From Octopus bimaculoides (Eukaryota): a stretch of 64,000 nucleotides of DNA. The position numbers and the translations under genes are program-made. Of the stretch, positions 51,883 to 63,889 are shown in pieces. The notes below the pieces were generated by a model. That model had not been told where the DNA came from and ran no database searches. It saw nothing but the letters and a program-made list of their open reading frames with translations. Location of the stretch: positions 76,638,871-76,702,870 of the forward strand of contig NC_068991.1 in assembly GCF_001194135.2 (NCBI RefSeq), read 5' to 3'. Positions within the stretch are counted from its first letter, which is position 1. Every line of letters begins with the position of its first letter.

Positions 51883-52521
51883 TATCGCGTATAATTTTTT
51901 TTTTAATTAATAAATAAATTAATACTTCAGCGTCTAAAAAATTTTTTTTTACGTTATAAAACCTAAAATAAAATAATAAATATATAAAATATATAAATAT
52001 ATAAATATAAAAATACGTATATATAAGAAATATATAAATACATAAGGTATAGATAAAAGTTCATCGATTAAGAATTTTTTACGATTAAAAGTTACTTTTT
52101 AAGGTAAAAAGAAACCTTTTAAGAAAAGTATCTCGTATTGGTATGTGGTGTTACTATTTTCCCCTGACGAAGGGGTCATTTGCGTAATGCACCCTCGTGC
52201 ATTGACTACGTTAATGAACCCCTGAAATGGCCATAGGAACTGTAAATATGATTTTTTTTTTTTTTGCTTGGACACCGGCTTTCCTTAAAAGGTTTCCCTT
52301 TACCTTAAAAAGTAACTTTTAATCGTAAAAAATTCTTAATCGATGAACTTTTATCTATACCTCATGTATTTATATGTTTCTTATGTACTTATTTTTATAT
52401 TTATATTTTTATATTTTTTTATATATTTATTATTTTATTTTAGGTTTTATAATGTAAAAAAAAAATTTTTTTAACCCTAAAGTATTAATTTATTAATTTT
52501 TTAAAAAATTCATACGCGATA
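51883..52521. mobile_element. Foldback element: inverted arms 51883-52128 and 52279-52521 around a 150 bp hammerhead-bearing spacer; probably PLE pseudo-LTR derived
   Basis: Arms begin tatcgcgtat and end atacgcgata; ~63 bp perfectly complementary core ggtatagataaaagttcatcgattaagaattttttacgattaaaagttactttttaaggtaaa. Confidence 0.88.
52151..52245 (+). ncRNA. Type I hammerhead ribozyme
   Basis: CTGACGA (52164-52170); long stem II (52171-52223); GAAA (52224-52227); palindromic stem III ATGGCCAT; AUA cleavage after 52235; stem I TTAC..TTCCC / GGAAC.GTAA. Confidence 0.8.
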
Positions 52522-52659
52522 TATATGTAATAATAATAATAATAATAATAATATATACTGCATGCATACATATATGAATATTCATACATACATATTACAT
52601 ATCTATTTTTTATTTTATATTACATATTTTATATATCAGTTATATATTATATCATATAT

Positions 52660-52799
<140 letters not shown>

Positions 52800-53541
52800 A
52801 ATTGCTTTCCTCTTTCCTTCCAAACCTATTGCTTACAGCAGAAGGCCACTTGTTAAAATATAAACAAAAGCTGCGACTGTCATAGAGCTCATTTACATAA
52901 TTGTTCAAGGATGACTGCCCGACAATAATTACGAGATTACCAATACAGCGTTGCTTATGAATAAATAAATATGCAGACTCGTATCTATATGCGTTTAGTC
53001 TCGCTGTGAAATTATGCCCAGGAGAGCTTTTTCCGCAGCTTCTGATAAAGTATACTTCCGCTGCTATCTTCGTTAATTTGGGAGTATGAGCCGAACGAAT
53101 TGTGATAAATTTTCAAATGACAATGAAACCGATCGGCTTTGTTGCCTTTCTAAGCCAAGCAGAAGGCCTTTGAGGGATAACTTTACAAAATATCTAAATA
53201 CATGTGGGTCTACATCTGCATATATACGTATTCATTGCCAAGCCCACGTTGTATTTGAAATCTAGTCATTAATATGAGACCATGGGTTTTATGCTTTTAT
53301 ACAAATCAGTTATCAATTATTCAATGGGAATGTTAGAATTATAAAAAACCGTAGATATTTATTCTGTTTTAAATATTAATATTCCTATTTCCTAGTCTCT
53401 TTTGCTTGCATATTTTTGAACGTATATTTGATTGCATTCCATTATTAAAGCACTACGTGTTGTATCCAACTGTGATGTTACCATAACAACGATATACTGA
53501 GAAAACCCTTTTTCAGCCTTGCTAGCAAAACCAGTTTCTAC

Positions 53542-53598
<57 letters not shown>

Positions 53599-53935
53599 TA
53601 GAGAGAGAAATATATATATATGTATTTATGTGCATGTGTGCGTTTGNNNNNNNNNNNNNNNNNNNNNNNNNNNNNNNNNNNNNNNNNNNNNNNNNNNNNN
53701 NNNNNNNNNNNNNNNNNNNNNNNNNNNNNNNNNNNNNNNNNNNNNNNNNNNNNNNNNNNNNNNNNNNNNNNNNNNNNNNNNNNNNNNNNNNNNNNNNNNN
53801 NNNNNNNNNNNNNNNNNNNNNNNNNNNNNNNNNNNNNNNNNNNNNNNNNNNNNNTCTATCTATCTCCTTCTATCCCTCTCCCTCACCTTCTATCTCTCTC
53901 CCTCTCCTATTCCTCACCGTCTCTCGCGTGCACTC

Positions 53936-53984
<49 letters not shown>

Positions 53985-55229
53985 GTGTGTGTGTGTGTTC
54001 CTATATTACAGTATCAATAGCGAAGTGTCTCGCTGTAAACAGTGGAGTAACGCCAGCAGTGCAGTATTATAGATATTGTTTATATGTTAGAATAAAGTAA
54101 AAACAAAATTAAATCCAACAAATGTACTACATGATCAAATATATTGTATACTATGATCAGCAAATAGAAGACTTACATATATTCATACTTTTGTGTGACA
54201 TCAACTCTAATATTTCAAGTGTTATCAATCTACAGACAATTCCTTGGCAAAAGAAAAATCCACAGAATCTGGTTAAAACCTTTGAATCGAGTGAAAATAT
54301 AACATTTTCATGAATGGCAAAAGAAGTGCTGTCTTATTTCCATACTTTATTTTCACTTGAAGATTCCAGCAAGCAAATATAACCAGACACGTACTACCTG
54401 ATATCATATTCTGTGCCAATTTCAAAATGCCTCCTTAATTTAATTTCAGACCCTGATAATCCACTTACAAATGTAAGGAAACTTACTAGGATACACATAC
54501 TACTTGTTTATTTTCAAAATGTCTTTCTCTCTTTCTGATACATTGTGTCAGCCAATATAATGCTTGTGAAACGGAATTCCATTTAACATGTGTTTTGTAA
54601 TATCATCCGTAGTGAAGATAGGTTTTAACAGGAAATTCTTAGAAACGAGATTAAATTGGTGACGGGTAGCAAGCAATTCGAACAGCTCGGCAAAAAACAC
54701 TTAATTTCGCTTTTCTCTGATTAAGAAATATAAATGTGATATATCATTCACGCCTTTAGTTTTGTTACTTTTATTATTGATGTTGTTTATATTTTTACTT
54801 GTTATTATATTTTTTTCTTTGGTGGCGACTTCTTAGAACGGTTTATAAAATAATAGGTGAAGAAAAATGATAACAAATGAAATTTTAAGAGTAAAATCAA
54901 TAACTTCGTGATCTTTCCAAATGATAAATGATAGGATTCAGCCGCTAAAATTTTCGCTCTGCAAAACAAGGTGAGGTTAGTTGAGATTAGGAGACATAAA
55001 AATCACAAAAACTAGTTTTTAATCTAATCAAAGAAATGTAAGATATAAAAATAAAATTCCATTAACAGTGTTGTTGTTGTTGTTGTTGTTGATTGTAAGA
55101 TGGGGAATCTGAGAAATAATGGTACCTAGCACATAAACATGAGACTGGATTCACAAGGGAAATGAAAAGAAAATCTAGATATTTATACCTTTTGTAAGAG
55201 CATTAGCGAGGTGATGGTTACGGACACTA

Positions 55230-55659
55230 AGACGGCGAGCTGGCAGAAACGTTCGCACGCCGGGCGAAATGCTTAGCAGTATTTCGTCTGCCGTTACGTT
55301 CTGAGTTCAAATTCCGCCGAGGTCGACTTTGCTTTCATCCTTTCGGAGTCGATAAATTAAGTACCAGTTACGCACTGGGGTCGATGTAATCAACTTAATC
55401 CCTTTGTATGTCCTTGTTTTCCCCCTCTATGTTTAGCCCCCTTGTGGGCAATAAAGAAATAAGAATCGTTAGCTCGCCGGACGAAATGCTTAGCGGTATT
55501 TCGTCTGCCGTTACGTTCTGAGTTCAAATACAGCCGAGGTCGACTTTGCTTTCATCCTTTCGGGGTCGATAAATTAAGTACCAGTTGCGTACTAGAGTCG
55601 ATCTAATCGACTGGCTCCCTCCCACAAAATGTTGGGCTTTGAGGCTAGAGTAGAAAAGA
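55230..55659 (+). mobile_element. Head-to-tail dimer of two SINE family A subtypes within one 16 bp TSD
   Basis: Monomer 1 55231-55462 (tail gtgggcaataaagaaataa); monomer 2 55463-55659 lacks ~14 nt of head (tail ctagagtagaaaag); TSD atggttacgga(c/t)acta at 55214-55229 and 55660-55675. Confidence 0.85.
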
Positions 55660-56146
55660 ATGGTTACGGATACTACGAAGAAAAGCCCAAAATAGCAGGT
55701 NNNNNNNNNNNNNNNNNNNNNNNNNNNNNNNNNNNNNNNNNNNNNNNNNNNNNNNNNNNNNNNNNNNNNNNNNNNNNNNNNNNNNNNNNNNNNNNNNNNN
55801 NNNNNNNNNNNNNNNNNNNNNNNNNNNNNNNNNNNNNNNNNNNNNNNNNNNNNNNNNNNNNNNNNNNNNNNNNNNNNNNNNNNNNNNNNNNNNNNNNNNN
55901 NNNNNNNNNNNNNNNNNNNNNNNNNNNNNNNNNNNNNNNNNNNNNNNNNNNNNNNNNNNNNNNNNNNNNNNNNNNNNNNNNNNNNNNNNNNNNNNNNNNN
56001 NNNNNNNNNNNNNNNNNNNNNNNNNNNNNNNNNNNNNNNNNNNNNNNNNNNNNNNNNNNNNNNNNNNNNNNNNNNNNNNNNNNNNNNNNNNNNNNNNNNN
56101 NNNNNNNNNNNNNNNNNNNNNNNNNNNNNNNNNNNNNNNNNNNNNN

Positions 56147-56183
<37 letters not shown>

Positions 56184-57259
56184 CTTACATACACGTGTAT
56201 GTGTGTATGAGTGTTTTTGAGCCAGTTTCTTGTATTATGAAATGTCAGAATATAAGTGTGTTTGTAAATACGGTGATGTTTATAGTTTATGAAAGAACTA
56301 ATGAGAGAGAAGCTAGCTTATAACAGAAATATCTGGAAGTTGTTCTAACTAAATATTTCTATAGTGACAAAAGAATGTTTTGTTAAAACAGTCGCTCTAT
56401 TGAAGCATGAAGGATTGTGTAAATTGATCATAATCTGTGTTCGTTATTTTTTCCCATTCTTTCATTCTATCAAGTATCACAGTTTGTTTACAGTCACACA
56501 CTTATGAAGAAGAAAATATTCGCTGTGAGTTTATTGGAAGATGTACGTACATTTCTAGTCGAAAGCCCTAGGATTCTTGCACTGCAAAAAGCCTTTTTAA
56601 GAACCGTACGTTGATGTCAGACGGTGTTTCATCTTGTAACTATTTTATGTTGCAAAGTAGTTTAGTATGAAGTATGTTTAATAACCGAAACGCACCTAAA
56701 GTACAATGCAATCGACAAGCACTACAGACCAGGTGAAGTTAAAGTTTATTTCACATTAGTTATTGTGTTTGGAGCTGAGCTCTGTGGCCGACATATACTC
56801 AATGTTATTATCGCTGAAAACTCGTGAAACGATCTCCAAAACCTGTAAGAGACAACGCTGTGCCTAGTTACCGAGAACTAAGATAGTAAAGTAAATAATT
56901 GTTTGAAATTAAAGATAATTGGTAACATTTTTTCGTAAAATATTACAAAGTGGTTATCAAAGAATACAAAAATTGTGAGTATCAAAAGACATTTTTTAAA
57001 AAGGAGTTGGCAAACTTATTTTATAAAAACTTTTATTTTTCCGCCATCATTATTGACTATACTGGTCGAATTAATTTTGACTCGAATTTACAGGTCTAAT
57101 AGGCTAGAGCTTATTCCGGTTTCCGTAAACTTTAAGCGACCAAGAGTAGAAGACTTTCCCTGAGCGGGACGTCAATCTGTCAGAGATAACTACGGTGAAG
57201 AAGGAGGAATTCCAACCACGTTTCGTGGATCGCTACCTCAACAGCTCCTTCATATGATC

Positions 57260-57480
57260 CAGTGACTAAGGCATCATCAGGAGGAACCACATCTGGTTTC
57301 GGCCCCTACTCCTCTACCTTTTTCGACGTGGCGCCCCCCCACCCTTCGGAGGTGTCTTCAGCGCTGGTATTCAGTGCATTTTTTGGGTGGGGGGGGTGCC
57401 TTTTGCTCTTTGGTTTCTTCGTTGCAGCGCCAACGAATGTCAGCGAGCGAATGACCTACCAGCCAAATTTACCTTTAAAG
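57260..57480 (-). mobile_element. Possible LINE ORF1 C-terminal relic
   Basis: Basic/Pro-rich ATKKPKSKRHPPHPK..TSEGWGA; resemblance only. Confidence 0.25.
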
Positions 57481-58256
57481 ACACGCCGGCAGGCTCCACC
57501 AGCTAACTGTCACGTGACACAATCTAAACTTCAACTGACCAATGGAGGGAAAGGGCGCGTAGTTTTACCCTGCGCCCTCTCTAGACCTACCTTCCAACAG
57601 AGTCGTGTTAGCTTCAGTTCCAGCAGCCAGAGCCGACCAACCAGCTTCACCTAGCGATGCTATTTCTTAGTCGGCATGTTATGGCTTTCTCAAGAAAACA
57701 ACGCCTCATTCAATCCGAGAATAGAACCCATGATTTAACAACCGGGAGCCCAAAACAAAAACCATAATGTCACACATCTTCACTAAACGAGTAAAGATAA
57801 AAAAAAAAGAGAGAATTTTTAAGGCCCTTACGTCTTCCATGGGAATTAAAGGAATAATTGAAATAGCAACAATTGGGAATTGATTTTACGTTGCAGAGAT
57901 TATTTGTTGTAAGCTTATTCTCCCATACAAAGCACTTTCCAACAGTGAATAAGAAACAGGAATTTACAATTTTATGCATTCGTTTCATGAATGAATTAAC
58001 ATTCAATTTAAAGGCGTTTAAAATTCTTTGCTATATTTACTTCATCTGTTTCTGTTATTATGCATGACCAGTGAATAATGAAAATGGGATTTCTTTAAAC
58101 GTCAAGAAGGAAATATTTTTTAATAAAAATAATAATTCAGAATTAGTTTGTTTTGTTTTTGGGTTTTTTTTCTTTGTTGTTTGTTCTTGTTTTGTGCTTT
58201 TTAATACGATTGGCCTGACTTCTTTTTTAACAAAGTATGCTGATAATCCTTTATAC

Positions 58257-58340
58257 TTTAGGTACAAGGCCTGAAATATTGGTGGGGAGGGAGCTAGTCG
58301 ATTACATCGACCCCAGTACATGACTGGTGCTTATTTTATG
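58257..58340 (-). mobile_element. SINE family A 3' fragment
   Basis: ctttaggtacaaggcctgaaat...gtcgattacatcgaccccagtac. Confidence 0.75.
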
Positions 58341-58539
58341 GTGGTGGTAGTGGTGGTGGTGGTGTTGCTTCTCTTCTTGGTGATGTCGAATCTGCTGAGT
58401 GTGGTGTTGATTGGTTGAATTGGTTGAGTTGGTTGGTTAGTTTGTTGGTTAATGGAGCTGTTTTATTTGTTCTGCTGATGGCGGTGTAAGGTTGGTTTGC
58501 TATTGGATTTTTTTTACTCTTGTTGTTGTTGTTGTACTA

Positions 58540-58812
58540 TTGGGCAGTCGACTTTGAGGTGGTTTTTGCTACCTCAAAGGTAACAACGTGGCCTTCTGCC
58601 TTCAACGGCCACGTGTAGGTTTGTGCCGTCCGGCAGTTTTACTAAATCTGGGAGATTTTCAATCGTCTCTCGATTCGCTTGGATCAAGAGCTCCATCCCC
58701 TGTCCTACCCAGTTTTGCTGTTCCAGGACGGCAACTTCTAGTATATTTATTTCCTCCTCAAAGTCATACCAGGTGATTAACACCAGCCATCTTATCTCTA
58801 TCTCGGGCGAAA
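58540..58812 (-). mobile_element. LINE ORF1 relic (RRM-like region plus CCHC zinc knuckle)
   Basis: LSPEIEIRWLVL...LPDLVKLPDGTNLHVAVEGRRPRCYL*GSKNHLKVDCP; C-x2-C-x4-H-x4-C with the second Cys mutated to TGA. Confidence 0.7.
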
Positions 58813-59323
58813 GCAGATGCTGTTAAATTTTTGACAAAATTAAATAAAATTGAATACAAGTACATATAAATAAACACGAGAAATTGTTTGGACTTACGAG
58901 AGACGATCCGACGACACCAGTCAGAAAGAGAGAGAGAGATGGATGGATGGATGGATGGATGGATGGATGGATGGATGGATGGATGGACGGACGGACGGAC
59001 GAATGGATTAAATGACACAGACATGAAAACTTACATTGAGGACTTTAAGTTTCTGCATTTTATCAGCCTGTTTATCAGCTCAGCGTACTTAGGGCAAAAG
59101 TGAGCCGTGTACTAGTTTCGTTCATTCATGATGGGTCGCATATTTGCTTTGCTTTGTTTTCATTTGTTTGTCAGGAAAATCGGGGTGGCGTATAGAACAA
59201 AAACGGATGAGAGACACTGATTTAGTAGTTTTCTCGTCAAATGATAACTAAATTCATGTGCTACCCTATCTAAACACAGAACAGAGCCGAACGGTGGAAG
59301 CAAAGTAAAGATGTAGGACTTAC

Positions 59324-59376
59324 GTTGGCTACGACAATGACATGCGTTCTTCCTCTCACAGATGTAAATATATAGA
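59324..59376 (-). CDS. Candidate 53 bp exon; product unknown
   Basis: Acceptor atgatttttcag|TC, donor AAC|gtaagt; open frame YIFTSVRGRTHVIVVAN. Confidence 0.25.
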
Positions 59377-59429
59377 CTGAAAAATCATGTGATGATTGTG
59401 AGTTTATGTCCCGTTACTAGTCAAGCTAT

Positions 59430-59710
59430 GAAAAGGCTTGTGGTCTAATGGTTAAGATGTTGGGCTTATGATCGCTAGGTTACGGGTCCAATTATCTGAC
59501 TGAGTGACACGTTAAGTCCTTGAGCAAGACATTTCATTTCGCGTAGCTTCACTACACTCAGTTAACAATAAGTACCAGCGCCAGCTGGAAGCTAACTCTC
59601 TGAATGGGCTGGTATCCAATCCAGTTGAAGGAAACCTGTACACTTAGGTTTAAACACTGCAGAGACCAGGATAAGGTCTGGTGTAATGAGCGTGTAGACT
59701 CGACTAGCTT
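59430..59710 (+). mobile_element. SINE family C, diverged
   Basis: gtggtctaatggttaagatgttgggc...gtccttgagcaagacatttcatttc. Confidence 0.7.
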
Positions 59711-60754
59711 TTAACTTGAATTGGTAAGGTATCGAACATACGACATTGTTCATAAAAAGTAATACCTCACCAAGAATATAAAGATGACTGTGATATTTTT
59801 GGAAGGGAAAATATCTTCAGAATTTTTGCTACAGAGAAAATAACATTTCAATGCATTTTTGTTACCTTCTTCGGCCCTGAGACGTAATTATTTGGAGTCT
59901 GACTTACAAACTAAATAAATACACATCGATTACATAATACTGCCTGTTTGGTAATGGCATTCATTAGAAAATAGTTTGAGTACACCACCGATAGCCAATT
60001 CAGTTATTTACGGAGACTGCACACTGCTTTTGACGAATTACAAATCATGAACTTTTTTACTTCTAGTCTGACATTTTATCAACCAGACGATTTGAAGATC
60101 TCAGGGCTAAAAGAACAGAGTAAAAAGGAAAACGAAAAAAAGAAAAATGTGTCATTTTAGCTATATTGCTCATTTAAAACATACAAAACTTCAAATTCAA
60201 TTTTTATTTTCGTCGTGCGACTGTACCATGATCATTGAAACAGTTCCACTACAATTGCTGGAAATTTAAAGACATGATTTCTTTTTCTACCCTGTTGAAC
60301 TTACAGTTAAATTGTTGCATGTCTGTAATATGAACCTTTTGACATCATTTATCGATTGGTCTCTGTTCTTTTGTACGTATATAAAATTTAAAATTTTCAA
60401 CGTACATAAGTTTCACACTTCAAGAAATAAAAGTGAATTTAAGTAGTTTAAATAGCTCTTTCAATATGTAATTACTTTAGTTTCAACACACAGTCACAGG
60501 TCAAGTCAGGTCACTGGAAAGAGAGTGTAAGATCCAGAAAAAAATGTCGAAAAAAATATGTGCAAAAAAACGGAAGTTAGAAAGCAAACGAGAAAGGTGG
60601 GAAGATAGAAAGAAAGAGGCGGGAAGAGACAGACTCAGGTAGACAGAGAGCATAAGGAAAAGGTAGAGTTAGTAGGTGATAGACTTAACAAATAACAAAG
60701 TAAAACGGAGAAACTTGGAAGAACTTGGAGTGAGATAGAATGCAATGGGGAGAA

Positions 60755-60802
<48 letters not shown>

Positions 60803-61509
60803 AACAAACAAACAAACAAACAAACAAACAAACAAAGAAGAAAAAGGAAGGAAGAAAACAAAGAAAGCAAATGAGAAAACTAGCTCTAAGTTTTGTGAAG
60901 TAGTCTACCATGACGGAGGAGGAGGAGGAGGAGGACAGTTAGAAGCATTGTTCAGCTTTATTAGATATCATCAATGAAGCATGGTCTTCTCAAATCTAGT
61001 TTGATCAGTGGACATATATATTTACGAATAGAAATATTGTTACGAAGACTTTTGGAACAACAAAGAAACAAAGAAAGAAAGAAAGAAAGAAAGAAAGGAA
61101 GGAAGACGAAAAAAGAAAGGAAAGAAAGAAAGACGTTTGTATGAAATCGTGTCAATGGTCGTGGATGGTTCTTGAAACGTTTGACCTCTCCCTGCCATAT
61201 TTGGAGTATTTATCATTTCGTTTTACTTTTTAAAATAAACATCATAAACACTCATACTGTTGTGCGAGAAATGGCTTTATAATATGAGGCTTAAAAGATA
61301 AAAACCGGTTATTATATGGTATTAATAAAATAGACATTGAAAATTATATTTTATTAAATGCGTGACTTTAAAGATAAGAAACGTTATTATAATGGTATTA
61401 AATATTTTTAGCGTTATATTGAAAATAAAATTATTTAAATATAGATGGAATTATAATTCATACGGATGGTAAATGTGATGGGAAAACATTTGCGGAGTAA
61501 ATCAAACTG

Positions 61510-61565
61510 GTAACTAATTTAAGGCCAATGTAGGTTTTCGTTTGTCTCATCAGAATTAAAACTAC
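61510..61565 (-). ncRNA. Candidate minimal type I hammerhead ribozyme
   Basis: gtagttttaatt-CTGATGA-G-acaaa-C-GAAA-acctacattggcc-TTA/aattagttac; core intact, stems short and AT-rich. Confidence 0.4.
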
Positions 61566-61709
61566 GTTCAGATAATGAATTCCATTTTATCAACCTCCAA
61601 GCTAATTTCAGAATCTCTCGAATGCAGCCGAACGTGTTATTTTCATCACTTTTGGATAAGTCACGTGAGTAAATGATTACACTGATAACTTCTAACTTTA
61701 GCCGTGTTT

Positions 61710-61948
61710 TTTATTTGTTTCAATTATTGGACTGCGGCCATGTTGGGGCACCGCTTTGGCGGGATTAGGTGAATAAATTCTCTCCAATACTTATTTCTTT
61801 AAAGCTTGGTATTTATTCTTATTATTAGTTTTGTCGAACCGCTAAGTTACGGAGACGTAAGGAAGACACTTACCCAAGGTGGGGACTGAACCCGGAACCA
61901 TTTGGTTGGAAAACAAGCTTCTTATCACACAGCCACGCCTGCGCCTAT
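61710..61948 (-). mobile_element. SINE family B, internally deleted
   Basis: ggactgcggccatgttggggcaccgc...ccgctaagttacggagacg...cacacagccacgcctgcgcctat. Confidence 0.85.
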
Positions 61949-62106
61949 ATATTCATGTTATTATATCCTGATGTGTGTAAAGGTTCGACGTTAGAATCAA
62001 AATAACTTGCACCTCTATATTCGACAGTTCGTGAAAGTAGCTCTAATGTTATGAAAATAATAAATTTATGTGTGTACAGAATAAGATGGGGAAAAAAAAA
62101 CATCTT

Positions 62107-62310
62107 TTATCCTTTAGCTGTTTCAGTCATTGGACTGCGGCCATGCTGGAGTTCTGCGCTGAAGGGTTTAGACGAACAAATAGAAGTCGACTTTGCCTTT
62201 CATCCTTTCGGGGTCGATAAATTAAGTACCAGTTGCGTACTGGGGTCGATCTAATCGAATGGTTCCCTCCCCCAAAAATTTCGGGCCTTGTGCCTAGAGT
62301 AGAAAAGATT
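62107..62310. mobile_element. SINE B tail (minus, 62107-62182) abutting SINE A 3' half (plus, 62186-62310)
   Basis: tgtttcagtcattggactgcggccatgctgg followed by gtcgactttgcctttcatcctttcggggtcgataaattaagtaccag. Confidence 0.85.
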
Positions 62311-63173
62311 CTTTAACACCATAGGACATCATTATCCGACAGTAATTATTTTATTACTAACTTCATTAACCTCAATAGATAGATATATCATACCCTTTGC
62401 GAGGTGAAAGACCCTAGATTATTGAGTTAATAATATGACACAAAGTAAAGTAAAATATATATTCGTGTAAAGTCATATTTAACACGTTCAAGTGCATTCG
62501 GATGTATGAAGACCTTTCGCTACAGAACTAGTCCCGAGAAGAAATTTCCAACCTTGGGCTGTGAATGATGTAATTGGATCGTAGGATACATGCGTATGCT
62601 ACTGTGTCTTTTAGCTTTGTCAGCTACGAAAACCAAACCCGTTGTTCAAAGTCTGACAAGAACGAAACCATTCTTACAAAAATAGCATATAGTATGTAGG
62701 CTAATGTGCATAAAGCTTAGTCAAACTAGAATTAAATAATGCCACATGAAGCAGTGTTGAATAAACTTGTGTTAAGTCATATTTAACACGTTCGAGAGTA
62801 TTCGGGTGTGAGAATACCTAATTGACGAAGGGAAAAGATGCAGTCTTCAATCCAGTGACTTCGTTCACACTCCAAAATATGTCTTGACAAATGTCTAAGA
62901 GTAGAATATTCTCCCGTGGCTACTTCCACAGAAACAATACTTATAATAAGATATGCTTTGAGAATGATAGAAAAACAATCGGATAAATGCATAACAAAAG
63001 CCCCAGGACTAACAACATACAGATACTAGCAATATTAGGAACGACATTGTTGTTGCTTTGAGCATTTTCCTTACCGTAAAAACAACAAAGTCATTTCTAA
63101 ATATTGTTCACACTCAAAACACTCAGAGCTGAATCAGTTTTTCAGTGAAAACACGCAATGCAATGAAGATTAT

Positions 63174-63175
<2 letters not shown>

Positions 63176-63232
<57 letters not shown>
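63176..63232 (+). repeat. (AAT)n microsatellite
   Basis: Direct sequence. Confidence 0.97.
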
Positions 63233-63324
63233 CATTATACTCCCAACTTCGTACAAGCACACATAATCATGCTCTCTCTCTTTTTCTCCCCCATCCTATC
63301 TCTCTATTTCTTCCACACACACAC

Positions 63325-63364
<40 letters not shown>

Positions 63365-63514
63365 ACACACACACGCACACACACACACACGCTCATACAA
63401 TTCTATTTCACTCACTCGTATTCTCTCTCTTATCTTTTCATCGTTAACGCAATAAAACTTTCATGATTCAATTTAGCCGACGGTAATTTACTGAATTTTT
63501 GATAGTAAACAGCA

Positions 63515-63575
63515 GTAGAAGAAGAAGAAGAAGAAGAAGAAGAAGAAGAAGAAGAAGAAGAAGAAGAAGAAGAAG

Positions 63576-63604
<29 letters not shown>
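63515..63604 (+). repeat. (GAA)n microsatellite
   Basis: Direct sequence. Confidence 0.97.
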
Positions 63605-63606
<2 letters not shown>

Positions 63607-63826
63607 GGCAGCAATTGTAATTTTTGTTGATGTTTTTGTCATTATTCTAGTTGTTGTTGTTCTTGTTGTTGTTGCTTCCTGTGTCTTTTTTTCCCCCTCT
63701 TTGATCCCTTGAACTGTTTAACTGAATAAAAAATTCATAAAACATGGTGAAAATGGATTGTTGCATCGAAAATGTGGGGGGTTTTTTGTGATTTTTTTGT
63801 GATTTTTTTTTTAATGGCTTAACCAG

Positions 63827-63889
63827 ACGATGAAGAAGACCGCCATGGGCTGATGGAAGAAAGCCGAAGTTGTGTTCACAGAGATGGGG
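63827..63889 (+). CDS. Candidate 63 bp internal exon (phase 1-1), xDEEDRHGLMEESRSCVHRDG; product unknown
   Basis: T-rich acceptor ...ttaatggcttaaccag|AC, donor GGG|gtgagt, open frame, raised GC. Confidence 0.3.
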
